The position numbers and the translations under genes were made by a program. From contig OZ024740.1 of assembly GCA_964016885.1 (NCBI GenBank), positions 114,824,001-114,888,000 of the forward strand: 64,000 nt of DNA, read 5' to 3'. Each line of letters opens with the position of its first letter. The first letter of the stretch is position 1. The notes under the pieces are model-generated. The model saw nothing but the letters and a program-made list of their open reading frames with translations, was not told the DNA's origin and ran no database searches. The DNA is from Eledone cirrhosa. Taxonomy: Eukaryota. Of this stretch, positions 45,196 through 59,000 are shown piece by piece.

Positions 45196-46155
45196 AACCT
45201 TTCAAGGATTTACACAAATCCAGCCTCCTGTCATTTCATTATAATATTTAACTCCGTAATAGCACCACCAACTACAAAAACAAAGACGGTTGAACTTCCT
45301 TACGTTGAGTACTCTCTATATTATTGCATTACGATTGACCATACGGAATAGACCAGCTCTATACAGTGGTGCACCTCAAACCTGAATATATATATACATA
45401 TATATTTATACAGTGTGACAAGAAGCTTGTTTCCCAACCACATATTTCCGTGTTCAGTCACACTGCCCGGGCCGACCAAAGCCCTGTGAGTGGATTTGAT
45501 AGATCGAAACTAAAAGAAAGCCCGTCGTATATATGTATATATGTCTGTGTGTGTCTTTGCGTTTGTGTTTGCTCTCCCACCAATGCTTGTTGGTTTGTTG
45601 ACGTTTCCATAACATACCAAGGTGATGCTCCCGCATGGCGTAGTCCAGAGACAGAAAAAAAAGTAAAATATATCCGTATGTGTGTGTGTAGAAGGGGGCT
45701 CTCAAACTCAAGGACACAAAAGGGCTATTACGTCCTGGAGGAGAGGCACAGGGGACCAAACTTGGTGGTGGGTGAAAATGTTCGTCAGTTATAATGCGAT
45801 ATAAAATATTGGTTCTACCACGGGCCACAGATAAGTAGTTCGCGGGCCGCAGTGTGAGCTCCGCTGTTGGAGATAGATAGATAGATAGATAGATGTGCAC
45901 CAAACACACACACATTTCTTACTCTCTCTGTCCCTCCCTCTTTCTCTCTTCATTTATATATATATATATGAGGGGGGGGGGGGGCGTTGTTATTTAGTGT
46001 TGTTGAAAACAGCAGTGGCCTTTGACCTGGCAATAAAAAACTGTAGACAAAATTCTTTCTGTACGCAAACCAATATATATATACATAGATAGATACACAG
46101 ACACACACAAACACACATAGACACGCACACACAGATACATAAACACACACAAACT

Positions 46156-46189
<34 letters not shown>

Positions 46190-46649
46190 CGTGCGTGCGT
46201 GTCTATGTGTGTTTGTGTGTGTCTGGTTATCTATCTAAGTATATATATATATAAGGGATACAAATACTACTTTCTCACTGTCTCAAAGCATCATTCGTTG
46301 CTAAGTATTTTATTTTGCTACGAGGTATTTTATTTTGCAAGGTACTATTTTTCCCCTGAGTTTGTGATTTCAGAGAAAGGTAAGAAATTCTTCATATTTT
46401 ACATCTTTTGTATTTTGACTTTACAGTTTGAATTGTAGAATTGTTTATCCAATCAAAATATTACAACCGCTAACAGTGAAATATAGAAATTAAAAAAAAA
46501 AGCTTTATCGACTGAAATCAAGTCTTTGAGAACATTCACGTCTATTTTTCGAAAATATATAATTTGAAATAGTTTGTTTTTGTTTTGGATTGAAACTTTT
46601 TTTGTATTTAATTCGTACGGGTATTTTTTTAAAATCATTCTAATATAAC

Positions 46650-47935
46650 TTAATTTGGCCCATTGCGTGCACTGCGGCATTCATATTTCTCAACTTATTA
46701 TAATTAAGTCTGTACAACAAGCTTCACTTATAAAAAATGTTCTAGGTTGCGTAAATGAATTGCGGAAACTATATAGTACATCAAGAAATTTAAGCAAGCG
46801 TATTTATCACAACATGATGAAGAAAATGAAGTATCGTCACCACGCTCCTTAACACCTGTGTGCCCTACTCGATGGCTAACACGACTTTCTGCAGTCAAAG
46901 CCCTTCTTGACAATTATTCAGATGTCCCTATTTATTTACAAGAGGCAACAAATGAGTTTGGCACCAACATTGTATCCAGAGTTAATGTTATTCTTACGTG
47001 TTATTCTCCGGGCCAATGTATCCTTGGATTGCACGTTGTAGTTCCATTACTTCAATTCCTTGAAGGATTGAACAAATCTTTTCAAAGTACCACCTTCAAT
47101 CTAGGTAGCATGTTGCATAGTGTCAAACTGGTGCAGGAGGAGCTAAAAAAATCTACGCAGTGAAGAAAAATTTCAGGAGCTGTTCAATACAGCAGAAAAA
47201 ATGATTTATCAACTCGCTATTTCTCCTTTGGAGCTACCCAGGCAATGAAAAGTTCCTAAAAGATACCAGGAATGGAAATGTTTGTGCTGAAGTGATCATA
47301 CAGTATCCAGAGCTTGATGAATTTTCTTTAAGGAACGAAATACTTTTTTATAGAAATCATCATAGTGGATCATCTCTCGAGGATCATCGTAAAATATTCG
47401 GTGAAATGCAACCAGAAGTCCGTCGCATGTTTCTAAATGATGTGCGATTGTTCAGGCTACTTTTAATGTTTCCAACCAGTTCTTGTGAAGCTGAAAGATC
47501 TTTTAGCGCTCTGCAGAGACTCAAAACTTGGTTGCGATCGGCCATGACTTAGCAAAGGTTGAATCATATTCTAATATGAGACGTTCATAAAGATGTTTTG
47601 AAAAATATTAGTTGTGAAGAAGTTGCTAAATTATTTATTGACAGCAATGATGCGAGATATGTTACATTTGGAAAGTTCTAAAAGACAATAAATTTACTTT
47701 AAATGATTTTTATTCAAACGTCTGTTTTATTGTTTGTTTATTTGATATAATAAATAATTTTTAAGCTTATTTTTTTTTTATATCTGAACTTCATTTGAAT
47801 ATATAAAATTTAATTAGCGTAAAGAAATTTTTACTTATGTGATAGGGTTCAGGAAAGACACCATAAGTAATACTAAAATGCTCCAACAAATGTTGCTTTG
47901 TCCCACTCACACTTTTAAGCCAAACAAGGCCCCTG
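46650..47935 (+). pseudogene. Degenerate hAT transposase remnant (ZMYM1/52-kDa repressor-like group) with probable right TIR
   Basis: Motifs HCGIH, CPTRWLTR and the dimerization domain PTSSCEAERSFSALQRLKTWLRSAMT*QRLNH. Multiple stops. GGCCCCTG at about 47928-47936 resembles a hAT terminus. Confidence 0.8.
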
Positions 47936-48673
47936 GAAAAGAGCAACATTATTCACTGACCCGTTCATCACCATGATCGGCTTGACCTCGATACTTCAGC
48001 TCATTCTTACTAACATTCGGTTTGCTTGACCCCATCTTATCTTCATTGCATTTCCACATTATTTATTCTATAACTAGGATTTTGCTATTCCTATATAAAC
48101 TGACTGTTTATAATACGATCAAGTCTTGTTATAGCCTTGGGTTTAAGGAAATGGTTTTGTAGTCTTCAACAGTCATCCATTATAATTGCAGCACCATTAC
48201 AAGAATATCACAGTGATGCATTAAGTTAAGGGCGATAATTTGAGTAACTCTGACTAATAAGTAATGTCTTAACTTAGTATTATCGCGTCTTATCACTACG
48301 TGCTTAATTGATGAATTCCATTTCAAAATAGCACATTACTAGTCATTCTTGCATTAAGTTCTCTTGAACTCGTTGCCTCATTGATCCTTTATTGAGTCTG
48401 CCACCTTAATTCCCTCAAGCTAAGTTATTACTATTCCTACATGAAATACTGGTTAATCTTCATATATAACTTGTCTCGACTTGGTTAATTAATGACAGTA
48501 TTTGTCTTTTTCATTGCAGTTTTGTTTATTACAAAGTGTAATTCCAGAACATTACTTTAAACTTTATCATACTGGAACAGGACTCATTATAGTAAGTTCC
48601 TTATACATAATTTTATAGGCTTATATAGGCAAACCTTTGCGTAACTTTACCAAACACATTCGCTAAACAGAAA

Positions 48674-50430
48674 ATGGCCTCAGCAATGAAGAAAAAATGC
48701 AGGCAGTACAGCGTTGATTACTTACGGTTCGGATTCATCCCATCGCCGTCGAACCACCTGTCACCCATGTGTTTAATTTGCAAGCAGTCCTTTTCGAATG
48801 AGGCGATGAAGCCATCGCGTTTGAGTAGACACCTGGAGGTGAGGCACCCCTTTAAGAGATATAAAGATTTAGCATACTTTCAGTCTCTTAGGGACCAAAC
48901 CAGAAAACAACACTAATTTCTTCTGCCTTTTCAAAAGTTGAAGCTTCAAATGTTGATGGACTTGTCGCATCTTACAATATTGCCAACATAATCGTGGGTG
49001 AAACATTGGTAGTCCCTGTCATCTCAGAAGTTATTTCAACAGTACTACGTCAGAACCCGTTAAAGACCTTGAAATGTACTCCGTTGAGTAAGAACTCAAT
49101 AAAGAGACGTATCGACGAAATGGCGGAAAATGTTGAACAACAATTATGTAACATCTTGAAATCGACACAATTTGCTTTGCAACTTGATGAAAGCACACTT
49201 TCCGGGAATCAGTCCTTACTACTGGGATACGTGCGATTTTTCCACCAAAACGAAATGCACGAGGAGCTTCTCTTCACTCTGAATCTAGCCACAGATACTA
49301 AAGGTGCCACGATCTTTGAATCTGTCAAGGGATACCTCGAAGTAAAAGAGATACCTCTTACAAATATTGTATCATGTGCTACGGACGGCGCAAGAGCAAT
49401 GGTCGGCCAACATAAGGGTTTCGTCTCTCTTCTGAAGAGGGAAAATCCATCTGTATTTGCTGTTCATTGTGTCATTCATCGACAACACTTGGCTGCGAAG
49501 AAACTCAGCGAGCCGCTGAGCAAGTCTTTTGAGGTAGCCATTGATGTCATCAATTATATCAAACGCCATGCCCTCAATGAACGAATTTTCCAGCAACTGT
49601 GCGAAGATAATGACGAAGAATTCGTCGAGTTGCTACTTCATACTGAAGTGAGGTGGCTTTCAAAGGGCAAGTGCCTTACTCGCTTCTTTAAACTGTTCGA
49701 CTCTATCATTGAGTTTCTTCGAGGACGCAACACAGAACTATATAAAAAAAACCTCGATGTGAGGCAAGACTGTGCCTACCTCGCCGACATCTTTGACAAA
49801 TGCAATAGTTTCATTATGGCTTCGCAGGGGGAGAAGATCACCTTGTTTAAAGCAAGGAATGCTGTGAAAATATTCCTGGCCAAATTGAAAGTCATCGAAA
49901 GGAATCTTTGTCGACGGGAATTCTATAATTTTCCTAGTATCGCCAATGTTTCAAACATTGTGAGCGATGACCAACTGCAAATTTATACCGCGCACCTCCG
50001 TGCACCACAAGACAACATGAGAGAACGGTTTGTCGACCTTTTGCAGATGGACATCCCAGTGTGGATAGCAGATCCCTTCATAGCCAACGTCGACGATTTC
50101 GACGTTAAATTTCAGGAGGAATTAATTGAACTTCAGACAGATGACATTATCAAAACGAAATTTTCCAAAATAGGTGAACCCCTTTTTTGGATGCAAGAGG
50201 AAATTCAGCGTCGATTTCCACTCCTACATGCAGAGGCTAAGAAATTTGCTTTGCCTTTTTCTAGCTCATACTTAGTCGAGAGAGGGTTTGGCGTTGTTTC
50301 CAGACTGCATAATAAGGCTCGCAACCGCTACAATGTGATTGCACGTGGAGATCTCCGGCTACATCTTACGAAAATCCAGCCTGACGTCAAAGAGTTAGCT
50401 AAACTCCATGAATCTCACGGGTCCCATTGA
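48674..50430 (+). pseudogene. Buster/Charlie-type hAT transposase (ZBED5/SCAND3/ZBED8-like), one frameshift near 48910
   Basis: BED-like CLIC..EAMKPSRLSRHL..H, LQLDEST, ATDGARAM, HCVIHR, HTEVRWLSKG and SSYLVERGF, giving the DDE triad. The two ORF-track pieces are in different frames. Confidence 0.9.
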
Positions 50431-51039
50431 TACGAGGTCAAAGTAAGTCGATTTTTTATTTGTAGTTGCAGTCTGACTGGACTGGAAACCATCTACCACA
50501 ATTCACTTACTCATTTGTTATATATATTTTACCGTTTACTAATGAATATACCCTCTTACGAGGTCATGAAAACCCTCTTGCGTGGTCACAAAGCAGAGGG
50601 GACATCAAGTTAGATATCAACATTTATTCTGTCCGTTTCATTAAAGGGAAAATTGGAAAGCTTTGAAATAATACAATCGCCACTTTCTTCCAGATAAGAG
50701 CACTCTTTGGATAGACAGAATTGCTCTTGTATAAATGTTCAAAATAGCTGCTATCGTCTGGTGGGAATATAATAAATTCAACTGGTCCTAATTCATAAAA
50801 AAGAACATTTATGTTCCTTTTTTTGAAATCTATATACATCCTTTCAAGGAATGTATTTATACTTTCAACTGCCTGCAATGGTATCTTTGGAATATCGTTA
50901 ATCAATTTTATAGTAATCTACTGATATCAAAATCAGTAGTATATTGAAAAATGGAAAAAAAGGGTAGGGGGCGTTTCGTGATTTCGAAGGGAAAAAGAGG
51001 GCGTTTGGCCGAAATGGGTTGAGAACCTTTGCTTTATAA

Positions 51040-51290
51040 GATTGCTTCGCATTTATTAACTTCTGGATTTAGATCATTTTTACGTAGGATCAGGGGCGAG
51101 TGTCCGTTATCTAAAGCCACGGGCCAGCCGATGTTTAATGAATTATATCTGTATATGTTATATATTGATTGCTGATTCGATTTGAGAATTACGGTTAGAG
51201 TAAACGTGTCTTTGAAATAGTCAATCATTCAATTCAAGGTTAATTTAAAAAGTAGTTAATTTGATCAAACTGCTGAGCAACCAGCGTCCA
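51040..51290 (-). pseudogene. Degenerate LINE RT remnant, 5' continuation of 19430-19821
   Basis: LLFKLTLN*MID resembles the PLLFNL motif, YITYTDII resembles YADD, and LNPEVNKCE resembles LKINxxK. Confidence 0.4.
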
Positions 51291-52243
51291 AATTAAAAGA
51301 GATTCCATCATCATCATAATCATCATCATCATCATCATTATAAATCTCATCCCTGTCGTTGGCGTCGTTATCATCATGATCATTATCGTCATCATCATCA
51401 ACTGTATCATACAGTGTTATCATAAAAATATCGATATATTCTGATATATATTAATAATTTCAGCAGTGATTTTAACCAATATTTCAACATTTTAGAGCGT
51501 TCTCATCTGCGCTTACAATAACTTTAAAATATAATCACGGATGACTTAAAACCAATGAAGAGAAATATAGAGCAGCGAAACTAATAAGGAAAAGTTATAA
51601 GATTCTATACAAATCCCCAAACTCTATTATTGTTTTAACATTTTTATTCCTACTAATATTCTAATATATATAATTTAATCCAGAAACAGTTTGCCTTCGA
51701 GAAAAAAATAAGTTATTACATATAATATTATTCTCAACACATAAAATTATCTCCTCGTAATTTCCTAAATTCTGTAGAGTCGTAAATACCTTTTTTAAAA
51801 AGGAAAGAGAAATAAAATTAATGAGATTTATAGATTTCTAGTTTCTTGGAAATATACATGACAAAAACAACACTAATCATATTTATATTTTAAGCTTTAG
51901 AACCGTTAGAAAAAATATTGGAATTGTATTATAATGGCTGATAAGTTGAATCAAATGTTTAGGTTTCTACACTCATGTGCGATTGCAATCACACATACAA
52001 AGCACGCTCACATTCCCATAAATACGTACACATGCGTTTTGTTTTTATATATGTATATATAATTATGTATGTATGTATGTATGTATGTATGTATGTATGT
52101 ATGTATGTATGTATGTATGTATGTATGTATGTACGTATGTATATATAAATATTTCCGTTTATACATGGCTATATAACACATAATTACATTTCTACGCGTG
52201 TTTCTACAAGAGCGTCATTATATATATATGCATCAGGGATGAG

Positions 52244-52310
<67 letters not shown>

Positions 52311-52392
52311 TTCTGTTGTTAGCCCATATTATTCATACAAGTTTAAAACAAAATCCAATTGAAATAATAAAATGGAATTATATATATGTATG

Positions 52393-52472
<80 letters not shown>

Positions 52473-53356
52473 CGTATATAGCAATTGTTTCTTACCCTGA
52501 CAGCAGATTACGAGGGCTTCTGTTCACTCTGGTTTTATGAAGGCAATAAAATTGTATAAATGCTGTTAGCTAAATTCAGTAAATATTTTTTCTTGTAAGA
52601 AATATTCATTTTATTATTTAGATACATATTATTTAAATCTTTTTATAATTTTGTATAAGACAGGAAATTATATTGAAAAGCAAATTATTTAGTGCTGAAT
52701 GCAAATGTAATCAAATATATCAAATAGCCTTACGGCTCTTAACAGCTGTATTTTATGTATGTGTTTCATGATGGTGCTTGGTTTAGTGGCGTTAACGGGA
52801 TGAGTTAATACTTCCTTTCAAATAAGAAAACGTGATCATATTTTTTTCTTTGTATGTGCGAGTAAAATATCACATAATATTTTTTATTATATAATAATAC
52901 GTGTAAATCATATCTTGTATGTCTGTCCCTCACGAAAGCTAGAATCTCGCAAAAACACTCTCATGAAGGGGTACATTCAAAAATGCTTTCCTCCATTTTC
53001 GAAATCAGCATTCCCGATGAAAGTCTTTATTTATCCTTCATTCGTACTATATGGATGTGATGAATATACATGCACATGTAAACAATAAGTCAATCAGAAA
53101 CATATAATTAACAGATATTTGCACAAAGCATAATTCTCATAACATCCGCATATCATCGAGTATCATAAAAAGAGACGAGATTTGACCAAATACAAATTAT
53201 AAGAACACCTACAATTTCAAATATTGGAAATTGGCAAGTATATAAGAAAGAACGTACACGAAGCAGGTTTCACGTGCAGAGTTGAAAAATATTGTATTTA
53301 GGTTGATGTAAAAATCCCTACATAGTTATTGTTAATAATACCATTATTATTTCTTG

Positions 53357-53452
53357 TAATAATTGTTTCTACTTTTGGCACAAGGCCAGCAATTACCCAG
53401 TGCATTAATGGTACTTTATTTTCTCGACCTCGTAAGGATGAAAGGCAAAGTT
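53357..53452 (-). mobile_element. Partial SINE copy (3' half)
   Basis: aattgtttctact..ggcacaaggccagcaattacccag..ggatgaaaggcaaagtt. Confidence 0.8.
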
Positions 53453-53587
53453 ATACAATATACAAGAGAGAAGTGTGAAAAGCAGGAAGATAAGTGAAAT
53501 CAGTTCAGAGGCTGCTGTAATAATTAGTTTTCGCGTTAATTGATATATGATATGCAAGAAATATACCTAATTATTATTATTATTATT

Positions 53588-56500
53588 GAGTCTGAGCGGA
53601 CGTCTTTTTCCTCGCTCTCGTAAGTTTATTTATTTACCTGTCAAAACTTATTCATTGAATTTTTTGTTGTTGTGTAAGACATACAAGCCCTTGGACTTTG
53701 CCCTGTGAAGGGGAAAAATAATATTTGAGCCTTTTGGACCAAATATTTGAACTCTTTTACATTTTAAAAAAATTATCGGAAAAAAAAAAAAACATGGCTG
53801 AGCCACGCCCCCCAGCGATATGTCTGCTGTCGTGCGACAACGACGTAAACGTTGAGAGGAACGCTACGGTGAAATTAACAAAAATTGATACAACACCACC
53901 ACAAACAATGTGAACTAAGACAGCAATGATAACAACACTGAGAACTCTAATTTTGAAAAAAATGACAGTAACAGCGACAACGAAAATACAGATAACAAAA
54001 AAATGACAACAAATGAAACAACAATATCAATACCACTAACATGAAAACAAATCGCGACAACACAACCAACAACAATACCAACTGCCCCGAGAATAACGGC
54101 AGCACCAAGGACAACAATGATAACAGCGACAGTGAAAACAACAACACCACCAACAAGAACAACGACAACAACAACAACACCCCAACGACAACAAGAAAAA
54201 CACTTTCGCTGCGGCAGCAGCCAAAAAGAGGCCATGCTTCAACATGGACATCACAAACAAAGATGACAAGTTGGCCCAGGCCTGGAAGCTCATCAAGCAA
54301 AAGCAACCTGGGTCAACTTAACTGTCCCGGTAGAAGCTATTGAGGCAGAACGGTACATTATAGATGCATCTCAGCACAAACCAAAAGGGCAGCTTTAATT
54401 CCACAAACAGATGTTGAAGTCGCACTGAGGTGCATCAGAGAAGACACTGAATACATAGAGACGGGCAGACAGTACGGCTCCATTTCGGTGCTGTTTAAGT
54501 CAGAAGACCTCGCTATGAAACACGCTATGACTCCTTGCAAAACCAGCAAGGTCATAATGTACCCCTCCCACATGGGAAAAAGAACGGCCCGTCTCGGCAT
54601 TCCCAGAATCCCACCAGGACTTGACATGTGGTGGCTTCTGGGATGTGTGATTGTGGAGGGGACGGATACCGTCCCGATAGAAGTGACAAGAACTGCCAGA
54701 GAGGACTGGTCCGGGTTGACCTGGAGATACTTCTCCAGATCAGGCCCGAAAATGTGAAGACAATCCCGGATCACATCCGGCTTCAGAATGGGACGGTCAT
54801 TCACATTATGACCGAGGCAAAAGGCCGCATTGTTTTGTTTGTGGGGAAAAAAACCCATTTGCGAGCCTTCTGTCCTCAACTGCTGAAAGATGCAAGGGGT
54901 CGAAGGGCTCCACTGCTGCCGACGCCGGGGCTAGGACCACAACCAACACCAGCACCGACAAAACCACCAGCAACAACACCAATAGAAAGACCACCACCAA
55001 CATTGACCACCCAGGGGGAAACGAGGAAAGTTGTCAAATTCCCTTCCCCCACCAAAAAAAAAAAAAATACACACACCAATAAAAACATAAAAACACACAC
55101 AGACACACTTACAGACACAGACCCCTCATCTACCAGTAGTGAAGGTGAGGGAAAACCAAAATCCCACAAAATACAAAAAAGGAAACACAAAGAGAAAAAA
55201 AAAATCAACAAGCACAAAATCACCCACAATAAAAAATGCAGATACCACCCACGCAAACATCTTCCAAATAACACCAGCATCAACACCACCATCGCCATCA
55301 CCAGAATCCCCAAACGCAAACAACCTAAACAGACGCAAGAACAAATACACACACAAACCTCTGAAACCACATTACCACACTCACAACAAACACAGACACA
55401 ACCGAAACAACACCAACAAAACCATCACCATCACAGCCACGCAAAGAAATAAAATCACACCAATAAAATATACAAAACTTCGTGCTCGTCAGGAGGGCCA
55501 ACAAGGAACTTATGGCCCTCGTAGCACGAAGTGAAGATATACAAAAAGAGGGGGAAATTTTTAAATCGAGCACATTTCGCGTGCCGGAAGATTTGTTTCT
55601 GGTGCGAATGTCGTTCGATTTATACAAAGAGATACGAGACAGCTTTCCTCGGGACGTGGGAACCCTGATCGTAAAACCCACTTCAAGACTTTTAAAGGGG
55701 TTCCCAAAAGAAACCCCACCAACTATGGAGGTCGAACCACCCGACTTTCACAAGAGCCCAGAAGGTAAGTAAACCTTTCCTCTCTCTCTCTCTTTTAGCC
55801 TGCCAACATAGCCGTATTAAGAGTAGGAAGTTTAAATGTTCGAGGCCTGGGATCGTCCTGGAAGCAGAGTCACCTGCTCAACGACCTCAGTTCTATAGAA
55901 ATGGATGTAATTGCTGTCAGCGAGACCAGGATTTCCGACACACGCGCACTAGTCCCCATTTTCGACGACTATCAGATCATTGCATCTATTAGTCGGCCGG
56001 TAATGGGAGGCGGGGTGGCAGTGCTGTTTAGGAAAGGCCTGGATCTCGAGGTAAGGTTCATCTTCCGGGACCCGGACGGGAAGTTGGTGGTCCTGGACGT
56101 GAACAATAACGAAGGTGGTGCCTTTAGACTGGTGGCCGTCTACGCCCCCACTGGGGCAGGACGGCCGGACTTCTTTAGACGCCTGGAAGCCTTTCTGGGT
56201 ACGTATCGCCCTTTACTGTTAGCGGGCGACTGAACGGAATCTTAGACGCACGCTGGGACTGTGTGGGAGTATCGGATAGAAGTGGGGGGTGCAAAAGCCT
56301 CTAGACCCTGATCAGCTAGTTCCAACTGTCTGACAGGTACCGACTAGATTTCCCTAATGCGCCAGTGTGTACCTGGACTAACCGCATAGGATCATCTAGA
56401 TCGTATATAGACAGGATATTCATTAGGAAAATAGACAGAAATGGTGTAAGCTGTCCACCTTTTAAAACGGTCGCCTATTCAGATCACAAGGTTGTGATCT

Positions 56501-58712
56501 GTATGGTCGCCTTAGATAAGACCTGGTTATTGGAAACTGAACATGTTATTTCCGGCACGTAAGGCTTACAGGGACCAGGTCAACAATTTAGTTAAGAAAA
56601 GGTTGACAGGGGGAGTCGTCAACAATAGATGGGGGTTGGGCTCTCAAAAGAGAGATTGGGGTAATGTCGATAGAGTTTAGCAAAGAAGTAGCGTTATTGA
56701 AAAATAGAAAGGACGGGGAGTTGTTAGATAAGTTAGACGAGGCTATTTGTAGTGGCATTGCAAGTAACGTGCTAGCGGCGAGAAGTGCATTAGACTATTT
56801 CTTCAATGCGAAACACGAAGGTTGCATTATCAGAGCTAAGGCGCGTGCTCTGAGAAACGAGGGAACCAAAACTGTTCGTTGGGCCCGCGTGGCAGAGGCG
56901 CAGCGTGGTAATAAAACCACGATCCAGTCTTTGACGGACCGAGATGTACCCGAGCTGAACGATTCCAAACGGATGTGTGAGGCCTTTCGCCAACATTTTA
57001 CTCGGATGTTCGGGGGAAGTGGTGGGTCAGATACGGTGGCGGACTTCAGTCCCTACCTCGATGGCTTGCCGCAACTCTCGACGGCCGACGCTGGGCGCTG
57101 CTAAATGTCGATTAATTCAGCCGAGATTTAGGATGCCGTTGTCGGCTGCATGAGGCGCAAGTCACCCGGTTTGGATGGTCTGCCCTACGATCTTTACGCA
57201 AAACTTAACCCGGAAAAGTTGGTGGGCTTGCAATTAGGCACCTGGAGAGGCAACTCCATGCCGTCCAACAGCGTCGTTAGGCGCTGGATGGACGGATCGG
57301 TAAAGTTGCTCGGTGTTTGGTTCGGGCCAGACCTCCAGGTGGATAAGAATTGGGACGAGGTGACGGGTAGGGTAGCCAGTCTCACCCAGAAATGGGCTGG
57401 GATGAAGCTATCCCTAAAAGGTCTGGCGGAAGTGGCGAACGCGTACATCGCGTCCGTCATCTACTACCGTCTGACCGTCGTCCCTTGCCCCCGTTCGCGC
57501 CTCGCCATCTTGGAGCGGCTCCTCTTCAAATTCTTGTGGAGGGTTCGGTTCCGATGGTGAGATGGTCCATCTTCTGCCAGCCGTGTCTAATGATGCGCAG
57601 GCACGCGCTGAGGCTGCGGCATCTCCAGATATTCTGCCTAAACGGTGAAAAGGTGTGGTCGCCGGTGGTCAGACGGGCCTTTCCGCAGCTCGTTTCTTTG
57701 ACTGAGCCGCAGCCCTGTGTCAAGAAGAGACCGAGACTGGGTGACTGGCATCCGGAATGTTGCCAGGCACTCACTGCCCTCTACCAGGCGGGAAATGCGG
57801 TCAGTGGAACTTCCACTCTCCAGTTCTATAGAGGATTAGTGGTGGGCAAGTGCGACGACGCACTCGGAGAGGCTCTGGGAGTCAACGAAGTCGAACTAAC
57901 CATTCTGTACTGGAGGACTTTCGAGCCGGGGACGATGGATAATTTCCAAAAATCCCCCGCTTGGCAGTACTACCGGGGGGCACTGCCGTTTCGAGATAAA
58001 CTCTACAGGCACGGAAGTGCTGTCAGATGGACCTGCCCGAGATGTGCGCAGAGCAAAGAAACCGTTCTGCACGCACTCGTCCAGTGTCTTACTGACTTGT
58101 GGAGTTATGTTGAACAGCTGTTGTCGCGTGTAGAACGGATCCGGCTATCGGCCGAGTCCATAGTGAAGATCGACCCGCTGCCTTCTTTTGGCCAGGAAGG
58201 GCAGGCAATTTTCCTCTGTCTGGTGGCAGTAGCGAAAGAGGTTGTATAGTGGACGAGGTTGAAAGGACTGAAGACACACACTTTTCTCTTCGGCCAATCC
58301 CTCATCAACTTTTTCAAGTTTTACTTGGAAAGGAAGGTGAGGGTGGAGAGAGAAGTGCTGCGCCCCAGTACATTTGCTGAAAGGTGGGTGAATCTGGCGA
58401 GAATGGCCCGTGTGAGTGGGCCTACTCTGGTCATGCGGCTGTAGGTAGGTAAATTTGAGGAGGAGAGGGTGCTCTCGAAGCGTCGGGTCGTTCAGGACTG
58501 GTGGGGTACCTGAGCGAACCCTAGGTGGTCGTCCCCCCTATTGGTGAATTTTTTTCTTGTTATAATATTCTTGTTACTTTATTGTTACTTTGTTATTGTT
58601 ATTTTGTTATTGTGATTCATATTGTTTACTCGATTTTTCTGTAAAACGCCACTGTCCCCGTCTTTTGTATTGTCCCCTATATGTCGGCCCTTGTGGCCAA
58701 TAAATGAAATCA
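53588..58712 (+). mobile_element. Tx1/L1-clade LINE with both ends present, decayed ORF1 and ORF2, and the RT core deleted
   Basis: ORF1 at about 53794-55770 has SLRQQ/FAAAAAK and a frameshifted CX2CX4HX4C knuckle near 54825. ORF2 has APE motifs SLNVRGL, AVSETR, VYAP, AGD, TWTN, IDRIF and SDHK, then KSPGLDGLP and a C-terminal CPRC..ETVLHALVQC. AATAAA lies near 58699 and the flanks are (ATT)n-like. Confidence 0.88.
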
Positions 58713-58737
58713 TTATTAGTAGTAGCAATAATAATAA

Positions 58738-58772
<35 letters not shown>

Positions 58773-58774
58773 AT

Positions 58775-59000
58775 AGTAGTATCGGTAGAGGGTCGGACGC
58801 CATGCTTTGCAGCATAGAGTTACGGCGCTCTACGATCTGAGTTCAAATCCCGCCGAGATTAACTTTGCCTTTCGTCCTTACGGGGTCGATAAAATAAAGC
58901 AGCAGTAATGTACGGGGGTTGAATTAATCGACCCCCCCCCCCCCCAAAAAAAAATTACTGGTCTTGTGCCTATAGTAGAAGTAGTCATTATTATTATTAT
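58775..59000 (+). mobile_element. tRNA-derived SINE, near full length
   Basis: A-box-like agtatcggtaga, B box gagttcaaatcc, conserved core tttgcctttc..ggggtcgataaaataa, (ATT)n tail. Confidence 0.8.

Larger units (their letters stand above)
40015..45390 (+). mobile_element. ORF-less HHR-bearing PLE derivative (retrozyme-like): inverted arm, partial monomer and full monomer of about 2.4 kb
   Basis: 40015-41462 is inverted. 42420-42970 repeats at 44838-45385 (offset about 2417). A 513-bp internal module is duplicated, three HHR copies are present, and the flanks are (TA)n. Confidence 0.85.

Noticed and set aside
45749-45760. CAGGGGACC as the left TIR of the second hAT
   Set aside because: The match to the right end is short and the flanking 8-mers (gagaggca versus gaaaagag) do not form a TSD.
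48994-50430. Domesticated ZBED/SCAND3-like host gene
   Set aside because: The N-terminus is frameshifted and the ORF lies within TIRs and a TSD, so it is a transposon copy.
53915-55681. Minus-strand Val/Leu/Cys-rich ORFs
   Set aside because: They are antisense shadows of the A/C-rich low-complexity ORF1 of the LINE.
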